A stretch of 61,003 nucleotides of DNA, the filler included, from Sphacelaria rigidula (Eukaryota): the NCBI GenBank assembly GCA_964200075.2. It is 7 parts of 7 records of this genome, joined end to end, with 100 filler letters (N's around TTAATTAATTAA, not from the genome) between each part and the next. Parts side by side here need not be neighbours in the genome. Positions count along the whole stretch, not along the records: positions 52,376 to 61,003 come from CAXNAA020010559.1; 6 more parts are not named here. One strand, given 5' to 3'. The notes below the pieces were generated by a model. It was not told where the DNA came from. It was given only the letters and a program-made list of their open reading frames with translations, and ran no database searches. Positions 60,023 through 61,003 of the stretch are shown here, piece after piece (the stretch's first letter is position 1; every line of letters begins with the position of its first letter). Position numbers and translations under genes: made by a program.

Positions 60023-61003
60023 GGACAGTGTCTCCAGACAGCTCGCAACCTGCGTCCACAGCCTTGTTTATTCCCTCGTTTTCTTGATTTTAATTTTGCC
60101 GATTATGTACGGCCTCCTCACCTAAAGCCATGCAGAAACAGCGGGCATTCTCCTTCTCGTCCCAATGTTTTAGCAGGACCAGTACTTTTTTGGATCATGT
60201 CTGTTCTCCTCTCTCCGTTCCTTCCTGTTATTTCCTCGTCTTCGTGTGTCAACGTTTTTCTCCTGTTTGTCGTTGTTGAGTTCACTCCGTGCGGGTATGT
60301 CCAACGATCAATCAATATTTGTCATCTTTGGTCATACTGAACGGAAACGGACACATATTCCTGTCCTGTCCTGTCTGTCATTGACTTTTCTCGCTGGCAA
60401 ATTTAGCGATATCTAGATCTCATACTTGACCTCCCTTTTCCGCTTCCACTAATTGTATAGTAGATATATTCGGGTCCTATTCGTGTTGGTGTCTCTCTCC
60501 CGCAGAGTTGGCGGGTGAGACTTCGTACCCGCGAAGTGTGATGTCTTCATAGAGAAGGTGTGACCTGATTCAACACATTGTTTCTCTGTACGACTCACTC
60601 ACACGGCAATGTAGCAGGGGATTAATCGTTTTTTTTCGGGATCCCAACCTGCCGTTTGGTCTTTTCCTCGTCTTTCCTTCCTTCCTCCCTCCATTATACC
60701 CTGGAAGGTTCGTCCTTTCTCACCTCGTTTCCTTTTACTCAAAAGTAGAATGACGTTCCCATTTTTTTACGGACAGTCTATCCCATTGCCCCAACTGTGT
60801 TGGTGGCTTCTTCATGTCTGACAATCACTTGATGAAATCAGTTGGTCATACGTGGAAAGCTTCATGACTACCAGCAACTGGTTGTTGGGTACTGGGTATG
60901 TCCACCACGCCCCCCCCCCCCGCCTCACTTGCTGTCCATAGATGAAGACGCGGGGTACAAGGCAAAAGTAAGAGACATGATCGAAATAAGGGAAAAAGGA
61001 GGG

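Overview
Eukaryotic, TE-rich DNA, most likely from a brown alga (Phaeophyceae), judged from the EsV-1-7 repeat protein, the ROCO-type LRR exons and the long GT-AG introns. The window is not one locus. It is seven unplaced contigs (8630, 8630, 8629, 8629, 8629, 8628 and 8628 bp), sorted by size and joined by 100-nt N spacers containing TTAATTAATTAA, so no synteny should be read across spacers. Four genes are recognisable: (i) two 5' exons of a GT-A-like 'HINGNAIY' protein (13190-15821 +); (ii) four 3' exons of a WD40, probably BEACH-WD40, gene (28936-34667 -); (iii) an intronless 801-aa protein with 15 tandem C-x4-C-x16-C-x2-H EsV-1-7 repeats, mostly 38 aa (38943-41348 +); (iv) an LRR N-cap exon plus a single-repeat LRR exon of the ROCO exon-shuffling type (54288-57073 +). 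The rest is a decayed RTE-type LINE, tRNA-derived SINEs, several MITE/foldback families and nested non-autonomous DNA transposons. The best candidate for an undescribed system is the EsV-1-7 array. Its scaffold is near-invariant, amino-acid change is concentrated at a few fixed positions in each repeat, and the C-terminal tail has an NLS-like motif and two SUMO-consensus motifs. This resembles TALE- or PRDM9-like modular nucleic-acid readers, but that reading is inference and is not demonstrated. All alignments were made by eye.
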